DNA of 54,118 nucleotides from contig JAAFKJ010000081.1 of assembly GCA_021399395.1 (NCBI GenBank), positions 1 to 54,118 on the forward strand, written 5' to 3'. Below are positions 31,343 through 40,226 of the stretch, piece by piece (within the stretch, counting starts at the first letter, position 1; each line of letters opens with the position of its first letter). Source of the stretch: Candidatus Heimdallarchaeota archaeon. Lineage in GTDB: Archaea; Asgardarchaeota; Heimdallarchaeia; Heimdallarchaeales; Heimdallarchaeaceae. The notes under the pieces were generated by a model, which did not search any database, was not told where the DNA came from, and saw only the letters and a program-made list of their open reading frames with translations. Made by a program: the position numbers and the translations under genes.

Positions 31343-33118
31343 ATGACACAAGAAAATATTAGAAATATAGATGAATTGTTGGAAAATACAACCGTTCTAG
31401 TGGAGACTATAGCTTCTGAAATTGTACATTCTACGGATAAAATCTACGCTAGTTATCCTCCTGGTGAAATTGGCTACAATCTTTTTGAGTTCAAAAATGA
31501 TAAATTCCTCAGAGAATTTACAGATAACTTCGATAAAATAAAATTAAAAATTGAAAAGGATATTGCAAGTCTACCCTTTGAAAAAGAGAATGAAGTTCTC
31601 ATTTTAGCTAATCTATTGACTGAACTAAAGGAATATGATTTAGCTGTACAAATTTATGATTATCTTACAAAATATAATCCAGAAAACCGTTTTGCTTGGG
31701 CAAATTTAATCTCTATTTATATTCATAAAGGTCAGCATGATAAGGCGATGGAATGTTATCTCCACCTTCCTCCTGATTTTCTTGAACATGCAAACAATGA
31801 GAAGAAGGATTCATCCGCAAATGCCTACAGAATACTGAATATCTCTACTGCCTACCCATTACATACATCAATAAGTTCTCTTGGTCGTCGTGCTCAGACT
31901 TCATCAGATCTTCAGCAACACTTTGAGCAAGAATTGCGTGATCTCTATACAAACAAGGATTTTGTAAATGGTCAAGAAGCTTTAGCAAATGGAAATACTG
32001 ATGAAGCCTTAATTCTGTTTTCCAGTGTGGTTCTCAAACAACCAGATAGCCATGTTCTTCTTTTCTTTACGGGAAAAGCGGCGTTAGATGGACAGCATTA
32101 TTTGATTGCAGAAGAAAATATCAAAAAAGCAATTCAAATAAAGAACGATATCCCAGAATACTGGAATGAGTTAGCAGATTGTTTCTTCTTACAAAGGAAA
32201 AATGAACAGGCTATAAAATCTTTAAAAACAGCTTTAACCTTAGATTCAACCTGCTTAGAGTGCTGGAATTTAGCTGGAAAAACTTTTTCCACTATTGAAT
32301 CTATGAATGAGTACGAATATTTCATTAAACAAGCACAATTGATGTCTTCAGCGGAAGCAATACTGAGTTTTGTTGATGGGTTGATGAGCAAAAAAAGATT
32401 TGATAATGCTCTAGAGGTTTTACAGATTGGAATATCAAAATTCCCAGAAAATATTCAGATTCTTGAGAACTTAGCTTTAGTTTATGAACGAATGGGGAAA
32501 ATTGATGATGCAATTGGAACTTATGAAGAATTGTTGATGACTGGAAAATCTGTACAAAAATATTTACAGAAAATAACTTCCATTCTCACTGTTTTACATG
32601 ATGATAAAAGACTGGTTAGAATACTGAAGATGGTATCCTCTTACTTGCCATGGGATGAAACAACTCTATGGAATAAAATTGGAGACTTATTAATGAGGGC
32701 AAAAGATTACTTGGGTGCAAGTGAAGCATTCCGTAAAGTAATTTCTTTCGATCCTGATGATTCTCGAATTCAATTCAACTTGGGTCTCGCATACCAAGAG
32801 CTTTCACTTTTCAAGAAAGCTGAAGAAACTTATCGCAAAGTACTTGAATTAAATCCAACAGATCACGCGGCTTTAAACAACCTAGGAAATGTGCTCAAAG
32901 AAATGAAACGTTATGACGAATCTATTGAATCTTATCAAACTGCAATAGATATTGAACCTGACAAAGCTATTTCTTGGGCAAATCTTGGTATTCTCTATGA
33001 AGAGCTTAAACTGAAAAATGAAGCGAAAGAATGTTATCAAAAAGCAAAAGACATTGCTATTAAAAGCAAAGATTATAAAACAGCTGCAAGATTCGAAGAG
33101 TGGGAAAATTCAATATGA
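31343..33118 (+). CDS. Tetratricopeptide-repeat (TPR) protein
   Basis: Multiple 34-aa TPR units, clearest at the C-terminus: WNKIGDLLMRAKDYLGASEAFRKVISFDPDD, QFNLGLAYQELSLFKKAEETYRKVLELNPTD, LNNLGNVLKEMKRYDESIESYQTAIDIEPD, WANLGILYEELKLKNEAKECYQKA. Confidence 0.8.
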   Translation: MTQENIRNIDELLENTTVLVETIASEIVHSTDKIYASYPPGEIGYNLFEFKNDKFLREFTDNFDKIKLKIEKDIASLPFEKENEVLILANLLTELKEYDLAVQIYDYLTKYNPENRFAWANLISIYIHKGQHDKAMECYLHLPPDFLEHANNEKKDSSANAYRILNISTAYPLHTSISSLGRRAQTSSDLQQHFEQELRDLYTNKDFVNGQEALANGNTDEALILFSSVVLKQPDSHVLLFFTGKAALDGQHYLIAEENIKKAIQIKNDIPEYWNELADCFFLQRKNEQAIKSLKTALTLDSTCLECWNLAGKTFSTIESMNEYEYFIKQAQLMSSAEAILSFVDGLMSKKRFDNALEVLQIGISKFPENIQILENLALVYERMGKIDDAIGTYEELLMTGKSVQKYLQKITSILTVLHDDKRLVRILKMVSSYLPWDETTLWNKIGDLLMRAKDYLGASEAFRKVISFDPDDSRIQFNLGLAYQELSLFKKAEETYRKVLELNPTDHAALNNLGNVLKEMKRYDESIESYQTAIDIEPDKAISWANLGILYEELKLKNEAKECYQKAKDIAIKSKDYKTAARFEEWENSI

Positions 33119-33654
33119 GTTCCTCTAATGAGAAACAACCTCCAGAGTGGCAAGAAGTACAACTCAAAATGGCAACAATTTTAGAAAATAATAGTTTTGA
33201 AATTTGGAAGGAACGTTCTATTGCTAATAGGAGAGTTGATATTTTAGCTAAACGTGCTTACAAGAACAAGACTTACTATATTATATTTGAGTTCAAACAT
33301 TATGAGAATGTAACCGGAGGTGTAGAAGACAAATTTCTGGAACAACTACGTGATTATCTGAAACTATTTATTGAACGAGAATTGAGAAGAAAAGGTTTTG
33401 ATCATGTATCTAAGAATTATGTTTTTATTGGATATCTAGTTCTTTCCAAAGACTATGGAATATATAAGAATAGACGAAAGAATTGGAGAAAAAACAAACT
33501 TTTTCCTGAAGATAAAGATTTAGAATCTATTTGGAAAAGGAACTTATACCTATTCAGTTCTACAGAGAAGTATATCCGTCCTAATCTCGAATCAATTGGA
33601 CTCACATTTTATTCTCAATCAACAATAGAAGATTTTACTACTAAAGAAATATGA
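33115..33654 (+). CDS. PD-(D/E)xK (restriction-endonuclease-like) fold protein
   Basis: RRVDILAKR followed 10 residues later by YYIIFEFKHYE gives a D...E-x-K arrangement. The ATG at 33115 overlaps the TPR gene stop (ATGA). The track start at 33100 is a non-ATG codon upstream. Confidence 0.4.
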   Translation: MSSSNEKQPPEWQEVQLKMATILENNSFEIWKERSIANRRVDILAKRAYKNKTYYIIFEFKHYENVTGGVEDKFLEQLRDYLKLFIERELRRKGFDHVSKNYVFIGYLVLSKDYGIYKNRRKNWRKNKLFPEDKDLESIWKRNLYLFSSTEKYIRPNLESIGLTFYSQSTIEDFTTKEI

Positions 33655-33688
33655 TAAGAGTAAAAAACCCCTAATTTTATTTATCTTA

Positions 33689-34603
33689 ATGAGTGTTGAC
33701 TTAACTCGATTCAAAAATGATCTATATTCGATACAGATACTTGAAGAAGGTGTGAGTCTCTATAGTGAAAAATTTGGAGAATTTCTAAATATAGACGATG
33801 TTCTTGTTTTTGGGTTTATTTCTGCGCTCTATAGTTATACATATGCTATCGGTCATGAAGAAGTCAAGTCAATAGATTTTGGAAGTTGTAAGTTCCTTTT
33901 TAGTAAATTATTTGATGACAGACTCCTCGTAGTAATTGCTAAAGATGAAATCTCACATGAAAATGAACAAATTTTGTTGAAAAATATCACTTTGCGATAT
34001 GAAATTTTAACAGATGACAAATCCATAGGTCAAATAACGTCACTTCTTGAAATTGAAGATACCATCATACCTCTTGACATAGTTGCTGAAATTAGAAAGA
34101 AAAGACATAAAGTACAAGAGGAAATTGCTATGCCAGTGGATCTCCCTATGATCCCTGAAATTCAAATACCTGCTATAAAATTTGAAGAATTTTTTGTAGA
34201 AATGCTAACTGAGGAAACACAACTTTCTCCAGAAAAAACAAATACAATTAAGAAGACTTTAACCAACTTCTTTCTTGGATATAAAACATTAATATCAAGT
34301 CTTTTTGCAATCGCTAAAGAAGACCACCTTATATCATTTGTATTTAGCAGACAACCTTTTGATGAAATCTACCCTTTAGTTCAGTATATTATTACCAATC
34401 CTTCAGAAATTAATGTTAGCAAAGAAGTATCACAAAGTCATATTAAACAGGTAAAAATCTCTGATAAAAATTATTTCGTACTAATCTATCTTTCAAAAGA
34501 ACAAAATACTAAATCAGTAGTTTTTAGCAAAAATAAAGGAGAGCTCGAAGCTCTCACCCCTCATCTTAAAAGAATTTCAGCATTCGTTGAAAAAATGATT
34601 TAA
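33689..34603 (+). CDS. Hypothetical two-lobed protein with longin/Roadblock-like N- and C-terminal regions
   Basis: N-terminus: YSIQILEEGVSLYSEKF (beta-beta), DDVLVFGFISALYSYTYAIGH (helix), VKSIDFGSCKFLFSKLFDDRLLVVIAKDE (three strands), then a helix. The C-terminal lobe has a comparable alternation (HLISFVFSR...YFVLIYLSKEQNTKSVVFSK...LKRISAFVEKMI). This is judged by eye only. Confidence 0.35.
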   Translation: MSVDLTRFKNDLYSIQILEEGVSLYSEKFGEFLNIDDVLVFGFISALYSYTYAIGHEEVKSIDFGSCKFLFSKLFDDRLLVVIAKDEISHENEQILLKNITLRYEILTDDKSIGQITSLLEIEDTIIPLDIVAEIRKKRHKVQEEIAMPVDLPMIPEIQIPAIKFEEFFVEMLTEETQLSPEKTNTIKKTLTNFFLGYKTLISSLFAIAKEDHLISFVFSRQPFDEIYPLVQYIITNPSEINVSKEVSQSHIKQVKISDKNYFVLIYLSKEQNTKSVVFSKNKGELEALTPHLKRISAFVEKMI

Positions 34604-34710
34604 TGCAGAAACATTTGCAGTTTTATTATTCTCTGAGTTTAAATACTCATTTCAGTCATATCTGATGAATTCACGAGAATAAAGATAAGATTGATATACT
34701 ATTAATTCTA

Positions 34711-35115
34711 GTGGTTACACAAATATTGGTGGATTTAATGAGTCTATCTGGACAACAAATCGAACAAATGTTACACGAGTTTGAATCAAATACTGAAGGA
34801 GTTTTAGGATGTTCAATAATCTATGCAAAAGATGCATTACTGCTAGCAGAATCATCACAAAAATTTGAAAGGCTCGTGATTCAATGGTTAAGTGAGAAAA
34901 TGCTCTCATTGGCTAAAGAGTCATTACAACAATTGATGAAAGAATTCACTCTCATGAGTGTTACTATCGAAGAAAAGGACCACTTTGTTTATCTTCGACC
35001 AATAGGTGATGAATATTACGCCGTTATAATAACCACAAAAGAAGAAAATCGAGGATTATTAGAGCATAATATCAAAAGATTATTGCAAAGATTAACCCCG
35101 ATTATGATAACTTAA
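34711..35115 (+). CDS. Roadblock/LC7 (MglB-like) domain protein
   Basis: Characteristic layout: IEQMLHEFESNTEGVLGCSIIYAKDALLLAES, then a long helix, then LMSVTIEEKDHFVYLRPIGDEYYAVIITTKEENRGLLEHNIKRLLQRL. The start (GTG 34711 or ATG 34738) is uncertain. Confidence 0.6.
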   Translation: MVTQILVDLMSLSGQQIEQMLHEFESNTEGVLGCSIIYAKDALLLAESSQKFERLVIQWLSEKMLSLAKESLQQLMKEFTLMSVTIEEKDHFVYLRPIGDEYYAVIITTKEENRGLLEHNIKRLLQRLTPIMIT

Positions 35116-35131
35116 AATAAACTTACTGAGG

Positions 35132-35527
35132 TTGAAAGTTGTGGATGTAACAACTCTAAAAGTATTAGCAAAAATGGCAAGTGGAGAAGAAGGACCAAAT
35201 GCTAGATTCCAGTTCATGTCTCCTGATACTAAAGGGATAATATGTTCTTGTTCAACTATAGAAGAACTATATGACTGTATAGTTGACCTCGAACCGGAGG
35301 TTTTGCAAATTCATGTTTGTTCTTGTGAGGATTTTGACCAATCTACTGGAACAAGAGATCTTGCATTCTACATTCACTATGTTTTTGGAGATGCTGAACT
35401 TTCAATGAAAATCTATAGTGCTGCTGAAAGATATGCTGAGGATTCAGACAAACTAAAACTTGAAATTGGGAATCTTCTTTTCACAAGATTGTTGAATTAT
35501 AGTGAAATAGCACTAATTCCTGATTAA
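35132..35527 (+). CDS. Hypothetical protein (131 aa, Cys-containing)
   Basis: A clean ORF 16 nt after the Roadblock gene. gaggt at 35128-35132 could serve as an SD for an in-frame GTG at 35141. No family confidently recognised. Confidence 0.4.
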   Translation: MKVVDVTTLKVLAKMASGEEGPNARFQFMSPDTKGIICSCSTIEELYDCIVDLEPEVLQIHVCSCEDFDQSTGTRDLAFYIHYVFGDAELSMKIYSAAERYAEDSDKLKLEIGNLLFTRLLNYSEIALIPD

Positions 35528-35582
35528 TCAACAAACATAATTCTTTTTTATTCATGGTTTATTTTTCATCTGTATTGTAAAT

Positions 35583-35587
35583 AGGTG
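35583..35587 (+). promoter_or_regulatory. Shine-Dalgarno-like element for the RecJ-like gene
   Basis: aggtg lies 8 nt upstream of the TTG at 35596 and is complementary to the conserved archaeal 16S 3' end CACCU. It supports the TTG start over the ATG at 35605. Confidence 0.35.
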
Positions 35588-35595
35588 TAAAAAAT

Positions 35596-37713
35596 TTGAG
35601 TTCAATGTGTCCAAAGTGCAAAGGCCATGGTAAAATTATAAAAGAGAAAATGACTTGTCCTAGTTGTCTTGGAATAGGAAAAACTTCATTTTCGCTGGGT
35701 GGAGATGAAAAGGGAAACATCTGTGAAAAATGTGATGGGAAAGGCAAGATAATCTTACGTGAAAAATGTCCAGTTTGTGGTGGTAAAAAGACTGTTAAGT
35801 ATTGTAGTTCATGCAAGAAAATTTTAACTGAACCATCCTCTACTGGTTTGTGTTCAAAGTGTGAAGATAGAAAAGTTCCTTTGGTATATGTGCTGAAACC
35901 ACCTATCGATTCTCAACTAATTCGTAAAGAAATGTTGCTTCTTTCAAGAGTTGAAAGCGTTAAGAAAATAGGCATTTTTGTTTCTGCAGGTCAAAATCTT
36001 AATGTTTTGATTAGGACCAAAGATATCACGCAAGATTATGCTTGGGATATCGGTGAAGAAGTAATTGTTAAAGTCACTTTCATTAATGATCAAGGCAAGC
36101 TTTCTGGTGTTCCTGTACATCTAGAAGATTATATAACTGAATCTTTGAGAGGAAAGGTTCGAAAATTACAAATAAAAAATCTAAATGAGGATATGGAAGG
36201 ATCATTTATATCCATAAATGCTCAAGTAGTTTCCATTCTCCAAACTTCTGGACCAACAAGGTTTACTTTGGTAGATCCTTCTGGAACCATTAGTTCTGCA
36301 GCATTTATCAAACCAGGGGAGAGAGCTTTTCCAGAAATTGGTGATGATATGGTTGTTTCTGTATTTGGTGAAATCAATAAACATAGAGATGTTCTTCAAA
36401 TAGAAATCAGAGATATGGAAGAATTGGATACTTCAGAAACTGCTGGAATTCTGAAAGAAATTGAAAAAGCGATTGATAAGAAATCAACTCCTAAGGATTT
36501 TAAATTTTCTATACAAAGCGACTTACTCGAGAAGTTAAAACCAGATTTAATTAGTGTAGCTAAAAGAATAAGGAAGGCAGTTTTGACAGGGCAACCTATC
36601 TACATTCGCAATCATGCCGATGCCGATGGAACAGTGGCAGGTTTTACAGTGCAACATGCAATTCAGAAACTAATGTATCAAGAAGGATATGATGCTGATA
36701 CCATTAGAATTCGTCTTAAACGTCTCCCAAACAAACCACCATTCTTTGATGCTATTGATGTGACAAAAGATTTGGATTTTGCATTATCAGATAAAGTGAG
36801 ATTCGGGGATAAGCTCCCTCTATTTCTCTGTATGGATTTTGGTTCAAGTACAGAATCTTTATTCCCCTACCTCCAGATAAAAGCATTGGGTTTGGAGATT
36901 CTTGTTGTTGATCACCATTTCCCCGATAAAGAAATCAAGGAATTAGTTGATATTCATGTGAACCCATATTTTGTTGGTGGTGGATACGAGCTTTCAGCTG
37001 GAATGTTAGGGTTTGAATTAGCACGAATTATTTATCCTGATGTCCATAATGAACTGCAACACTTACCAGCTATTGCAGGATTAATGGATAGAGTAGGCGG
37101 GGAAGAAATCAAACATTATATCAAATTAGCTGAAAAGAAGGGATACTCAGTTGAAGATCTTAAGAAAATAGGACTTGCAATAGATTTTGAGGTGTATCAG
37201 CTTCGTTTTTCAGAAGGTTATAATCTTATTAAAATTCTATTTGGGGTTGAAACTGATCCAGAATGGCATTCCAACATGTATAATCTAATTGGTAATGAAA
37301 CCAAAGGAATGATGGATAAGGCTTTCAGAAATGCGCTACCAAACTGTAAGAAAAGCGAGTTAGAAAACAAAGTTATACTCGTAACTATAGATGTAGAGCT
37401 TTACTCTCATAGATTTACTTTTCCAAATCCTGGAAAACTGACCGGAATGATTTTTGATTATTATTGTAAGCAAAATGAAGGAAAAGCTGTGGTTACTCTA
37501 GGAGAAGGTCCTGATTTTATCATTCTAAGATCTAAAGGTCTTAAGATCAATTTTCCTGATGCAGTTAAACTAATGCAGAAAAAACTACCAAACGCAGGTG
37601 TTGAAGGTGGAGGGCACGAGGTGGTAGGCTCCTTCAAGTACTATGAGGGTGAAGCGAAAAAAATAAAGAAATTCTTTGTGGAGTTTTTAGCTAAACTAGA
37701 GGTGTCAGAATAG
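35596..37713 (+). CDS. RecJ-like DHH/DHHA1 phosphoesterase with N-terminal DnaJ-type CxxCxGxG zinc finger, S1-like and OB-fold domains
   Basis: CxxCxG repeats: CPKCKGHG, CPSCLGIG, CEKCDGKG, CPVCGGKK, followed by CSSC...CSKC. S1-like IGIFVSAGQNLNVLIRTKD...VIVKVTFINDQGKLSG. OB-like FISINAQVVSILQTSGPTRFTLVDPSGTISSAAF...VFGEINKHRDVLQIEI. DHH motifs HADADG, CMDFG, VVDHHFP. DHHA1 GGGH. Confidence 0.75.
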   Translation: MSSMCPKCKGHGKIIKEKMTCPSCLGIGKTSFSLGGDEKGNICEKCDGKGKIILREKCPVCGGKKTVKYCSSCKKILTEPSSTGLCSKCEDRKVPLVYVLKPPIDSQLIRKEMLLLSRVESVKKIGIFVSAGQNLNVLIRTKDITQDYAWDIGEEVIVKVTFINDQGKLSGVPVHLEDYITESLRGKVRKLQIKNLNEDMEGSFISINAQVVSILQTSGPTRFTLVDPSGTISSAAFIKPGERAFPEIGDDMVVSVFGEINKHRDVLQIEIRDMEELDTSETAGILKEIEKAIDKKSTPKDFKFSIQSDLLEKLKPDLISVAKRIRKAVLTGQPIYIRNHADADGTVAGFTVQHAIQKLMYQEGYDADTIRIRLKRLPNKPPFFDAIDVTKDLDFALSDKVRFGDKLPLFLCMDFGSSTESLFPYLQIKALGLEILVVDHHFPDKEIKELVDIHVNPYFVGGGYELSAGMLGFELARIIYPDVHNELQHLPAIAGLMDRVGGEEIKHYIKLAEKKGYSVEDLKKIGLAIDFEVYQLRFSEGYNLIKILFGVETDPEWHSNMYNLIGNETKGMMDKAFRNALPNCKKSELENKVILVTIDVELYSHRFTFPNPGKLTGMIFDYYCKQNEGKAVVTLGEGPDFIILRSKGLKINFPDAVKLMQKKLPNAGVEGGGHEVVGSFKYYEGEAKKIKKFFVEFLAKLEVSE

Positions 37714-37714
37714 A

Positions 37715-39208
37715 TTAAATCTCTTCTTCATTTTCCTCTAATACTTCTTCCTTCTTTTTTCTTCTGAAGACTTTACCTATTCCACTCTTTGTTTTGGTAT
37801 AAGCCCCTCCAATGGCTCCAGCTACTTTCTTCGAAGGAGAAATAAAAACCTTTGTTGCAGCTGATTTTACACCAAATTTCACTCCTTCTTTCAGAACCAT
37901 ATTCGCATATATTTTCCAGGAATCTTCACCTCGTTTTATTCTATCTATTCTTTCAATTAACTCATCAAAAGGAGGTAAGAATTCATATCTAAATAATTCA
38001 GGAGATGCATAATTTACAAATCTTTTAGAATATTGATAATTTATAATGAAGAATATCATCATAACTGGGATGATGATCACTGCCATTTTGTCCTTAAAAT
38101 AAACTAGACCATTCTTATCAAACACTTCACCAAACACGTCGTAGAAAATGTCATTATCTGTAATTAACTGCAAAAATGTTACATGATAGCTGAGAATTAA
38201 GCCCATTACTGCCATTAGAACGCCTAATGGGGTCATAAATCTAGGAATTTTGAGCAAAAACCATGGTTTTTCTTCCTCAGTTTCAGTTATTTCTCGATTC
38301 TTCTTTCTCTTCCTTTTTGGTAGTTCCTCTTCGATTAAAATTATCTCGGTCTCAATTCCTTTTTCTATTCTTTTGACCTTTATGGCATATCTCGAAACAG
38401 TATAGAATATTAGAAACACGGCTGTTATGATGCTTCCAATATTGTCACTAGGTTCATTCCCTGTTGCCGTGTAGATTGTTAGTTTCCATAGAGTGAATGA
38501 TGAGAAAACATAGAAGAATGCTAGAATTGTATAGAATACATCATCACGCTTTCCCAGAACAAAAATGATTATATTGGTTAATATGGCTGCAACTATCACA
38601 AAACATGCTGATACAAGTAAAAATATCTGACGGTCAACGAAAATTGAGTAATAAAGCAAGTATCCTCCCATAGCTGCATTTAGGATGGAGAGAATAAAGG
38701 CTACTAGACTGAAGATTATTGTACCTTCGTTAGCCTGTTTTCCAAGAAACATAATACTCCCAAGAACTTTATTTCCCCAGAAATTTCTTTGGACAGAGAA
38801 AGTTAAGAAAATAGATACAAGTATCCATCCGAAATATCCGATAGCTGTTACAAATGGAGAAATAAGGGGAAGAAAATAGAGCAACACAGTTCCGCCAGCT
38901 GCGGTAATCAAAGCTGGACCTATCCAATATTTTATCGGATACTTAACAAAGAAAATCCCAAATACAATGTAAGTTACGGCTACTGATAATTCAATAAATA
39001 TTAGAATATCGGCAGCTAACACCATTCCAGTATAGTAGGTCTCAGTTCCTGTCAATTGATTTGCGATAAGATAAAATATTGTTGATGTTACAGAAATTAA
39101 GAAAAATGCAATTGTGTAGAAAATATACCTTTTACTAAAAAGAACTCTGAAACCACTAGTGAAGATATTCTTTATGAATTTGTAAAAAGCTTTCTCAACA
39201 TATGACAT
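37715..39208 (-). CDS. Polytopic integral membrane protein with a central Lys/Glu-rich loop
   Basis: Many hydrophobic helices are interrupted by EEELPKRKRKKNREITETEEEKPW. The tail is charged. No motif recognised. Confidence 0.5.
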   Translation of the reverse strand: MSYVEKAFYKFIKNIFTSGFRVLFSKRYIFYTIAFFLISVTSTIFYLIANQLTGTETYYTGMVLAADILIFIELSVAVTYIVFGIFFVKYPIKYWIGPALITAAGGTVLLYFLPLISPFVTAIGYFGWILVSIFLTFSVQRNFWGNKVLGSIMFLGKQANEGTIIFSLVAFILSILNAAMGGYLLYYSIFVDRQIFLLVSACFVIVAAILTNIIIFVLGKRDDVFYTILAFFYVFSSFTLWKLTIYTATGNEPSDNIGSIITAVFLIFYTVSRYAIKVKRIEKGIETEIILIEEELPKRKRKKNREITETEEEKPWFLLKIPRFMTPLGVLMAVMGLILSYHVTFLQLITDNDIFYDVFGEVFDKNGLVYFKDKMAVIIIPVMMIFFIINYQYSKRFVNYASPELFRYEFLPPFDELIERIDRIKRGEDSWKIYANMVLKEGVKFGVKSAATKVFISPSKKVAGAIGGAYTKTKSGIGKVFRRKKKEEVLEENEEEI

Positions 39209-39323
39209 AACTATGATTCTTACACCATTGTATTAAAACTATTTGTAAATGATTTTGAAACTTCTTATGAGGGTTTCCGATGAATTTATGAACTCGCAAA
39301 AAATCTCTTAATTGTTGGTAATA

Positions 39324-40178
39324 ATGAGTGATAATCCTTTCATAAGTTTTGAGACTTTCTTATTTGATGGTGATGGAGTTTTATATAAGGAATCTGAACC
39401 TCTGCCTGGAGCAATTGAGTTTCTGAATTTCTTGAATGAAAAAAAGAAACAAATTTACATTTTAACAAATAATAGTACAAAAACAAGAAAGGAATTTCAA
39501 ACTAAATTAACCAAATTAGGTATCTCTATTAACATTGAAAATATCCTGACATCCTCATCCTTAACAGCTAATTACATTGCACGTGAATCTCCAAAATCGC
39601 GAATTTATGTGATAGGTGAAGACGGTTTAAAAAATGAACTAAAATCAGCTGGATTAGAAGTTCTAAATGATTGGCAAGAAAAGAATGATGACAAGATATT
39701 TGATTTTAATTTCGATGATGTCGATTATATTATTACAGGAATGGATCGTTTCATAAATTATACAAAAATCTCTAGAGCTACTCATATCCTTCTAAATTAC
39801 GATAAAGTAAAATTCATTGCTACTAATGCTGATTTTACATTTCCCACTGTTCAAGGCTTGATTCCAGGTGGTGGAGCAATGATTAAAATTCTTGAAGAAT
39901 TATCTAGCAGACGTGTTGAACAAATTATCGGCAAACCTGAACCAGAAATGTACGAAACAGCTGTGAAGTTATCAAATACCCCTAAAGATAAAACAATCAT
40001 GTTTGGTGATAGACTTGAAACTGATATTCTTGGTGCAAATCGAATAGGGATGAGTACTTGTTTAGTACTAACTGGTGTAACTAGTATGACTGATTTAGAG
40101 AACCTCACTGACGAAGATGCTCCAACAATAATTGTTAATGATCTTCAGGATGCACTTAGGAGTTTCACCAAATCTTGA
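39324..40178 (+). CDS. HAD-superfamily hydrolase, subfamily IIA (NagD / sugar-phosphatase-like)
   Basis: Motif I FLFDGDGVLY, motif II LTNNST, motif III GKPEP, motif IV GDRLETDILGA. I chose the ATG at 39324 over the TTG at 39312. Confidence 0.75.
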   Translation: MSDNPFISFETFLFDGDGVLYKESEPLPGAIEFLNFLNEKKKQIYILTNNSTKTRKEFQTKLTKLGISINIENILTSSSLTANYIARESPKSRIYVIGEDGLKNELKSAGLEVLNDWQEKNDDKIFDFNFDDVDYIITGMDRFINYTKISRATHILLNYDKVKFIATNADFTFPTVQGLIPGGGAMIKILEELSSRRVEQIIGKPEPEMYETAVKLSNTPKDKTIMFGDRLETDILGANRIGMSTCLVLTGVTSMTDLENLTDEDAPTIIVNDLQDALRSFTKS

Positions 40179-40226
40179 GGGAGAATAAGTGCTTAGATTT
40201 TTATATTAAAATGCTATAGTCTCCTT

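Noticed and set aside
35559-35816. An 85-aa minus-strand ORF rich in Pro, Phe and His, overlapping the 5' end of the RecJ-like gene.
   Set aside because: It is the reverse-complement shadow of the repetitive CxxCxGxG-coding region. The plus-strand frame has an SD-like aggtg and continues into clear DHH motifs.
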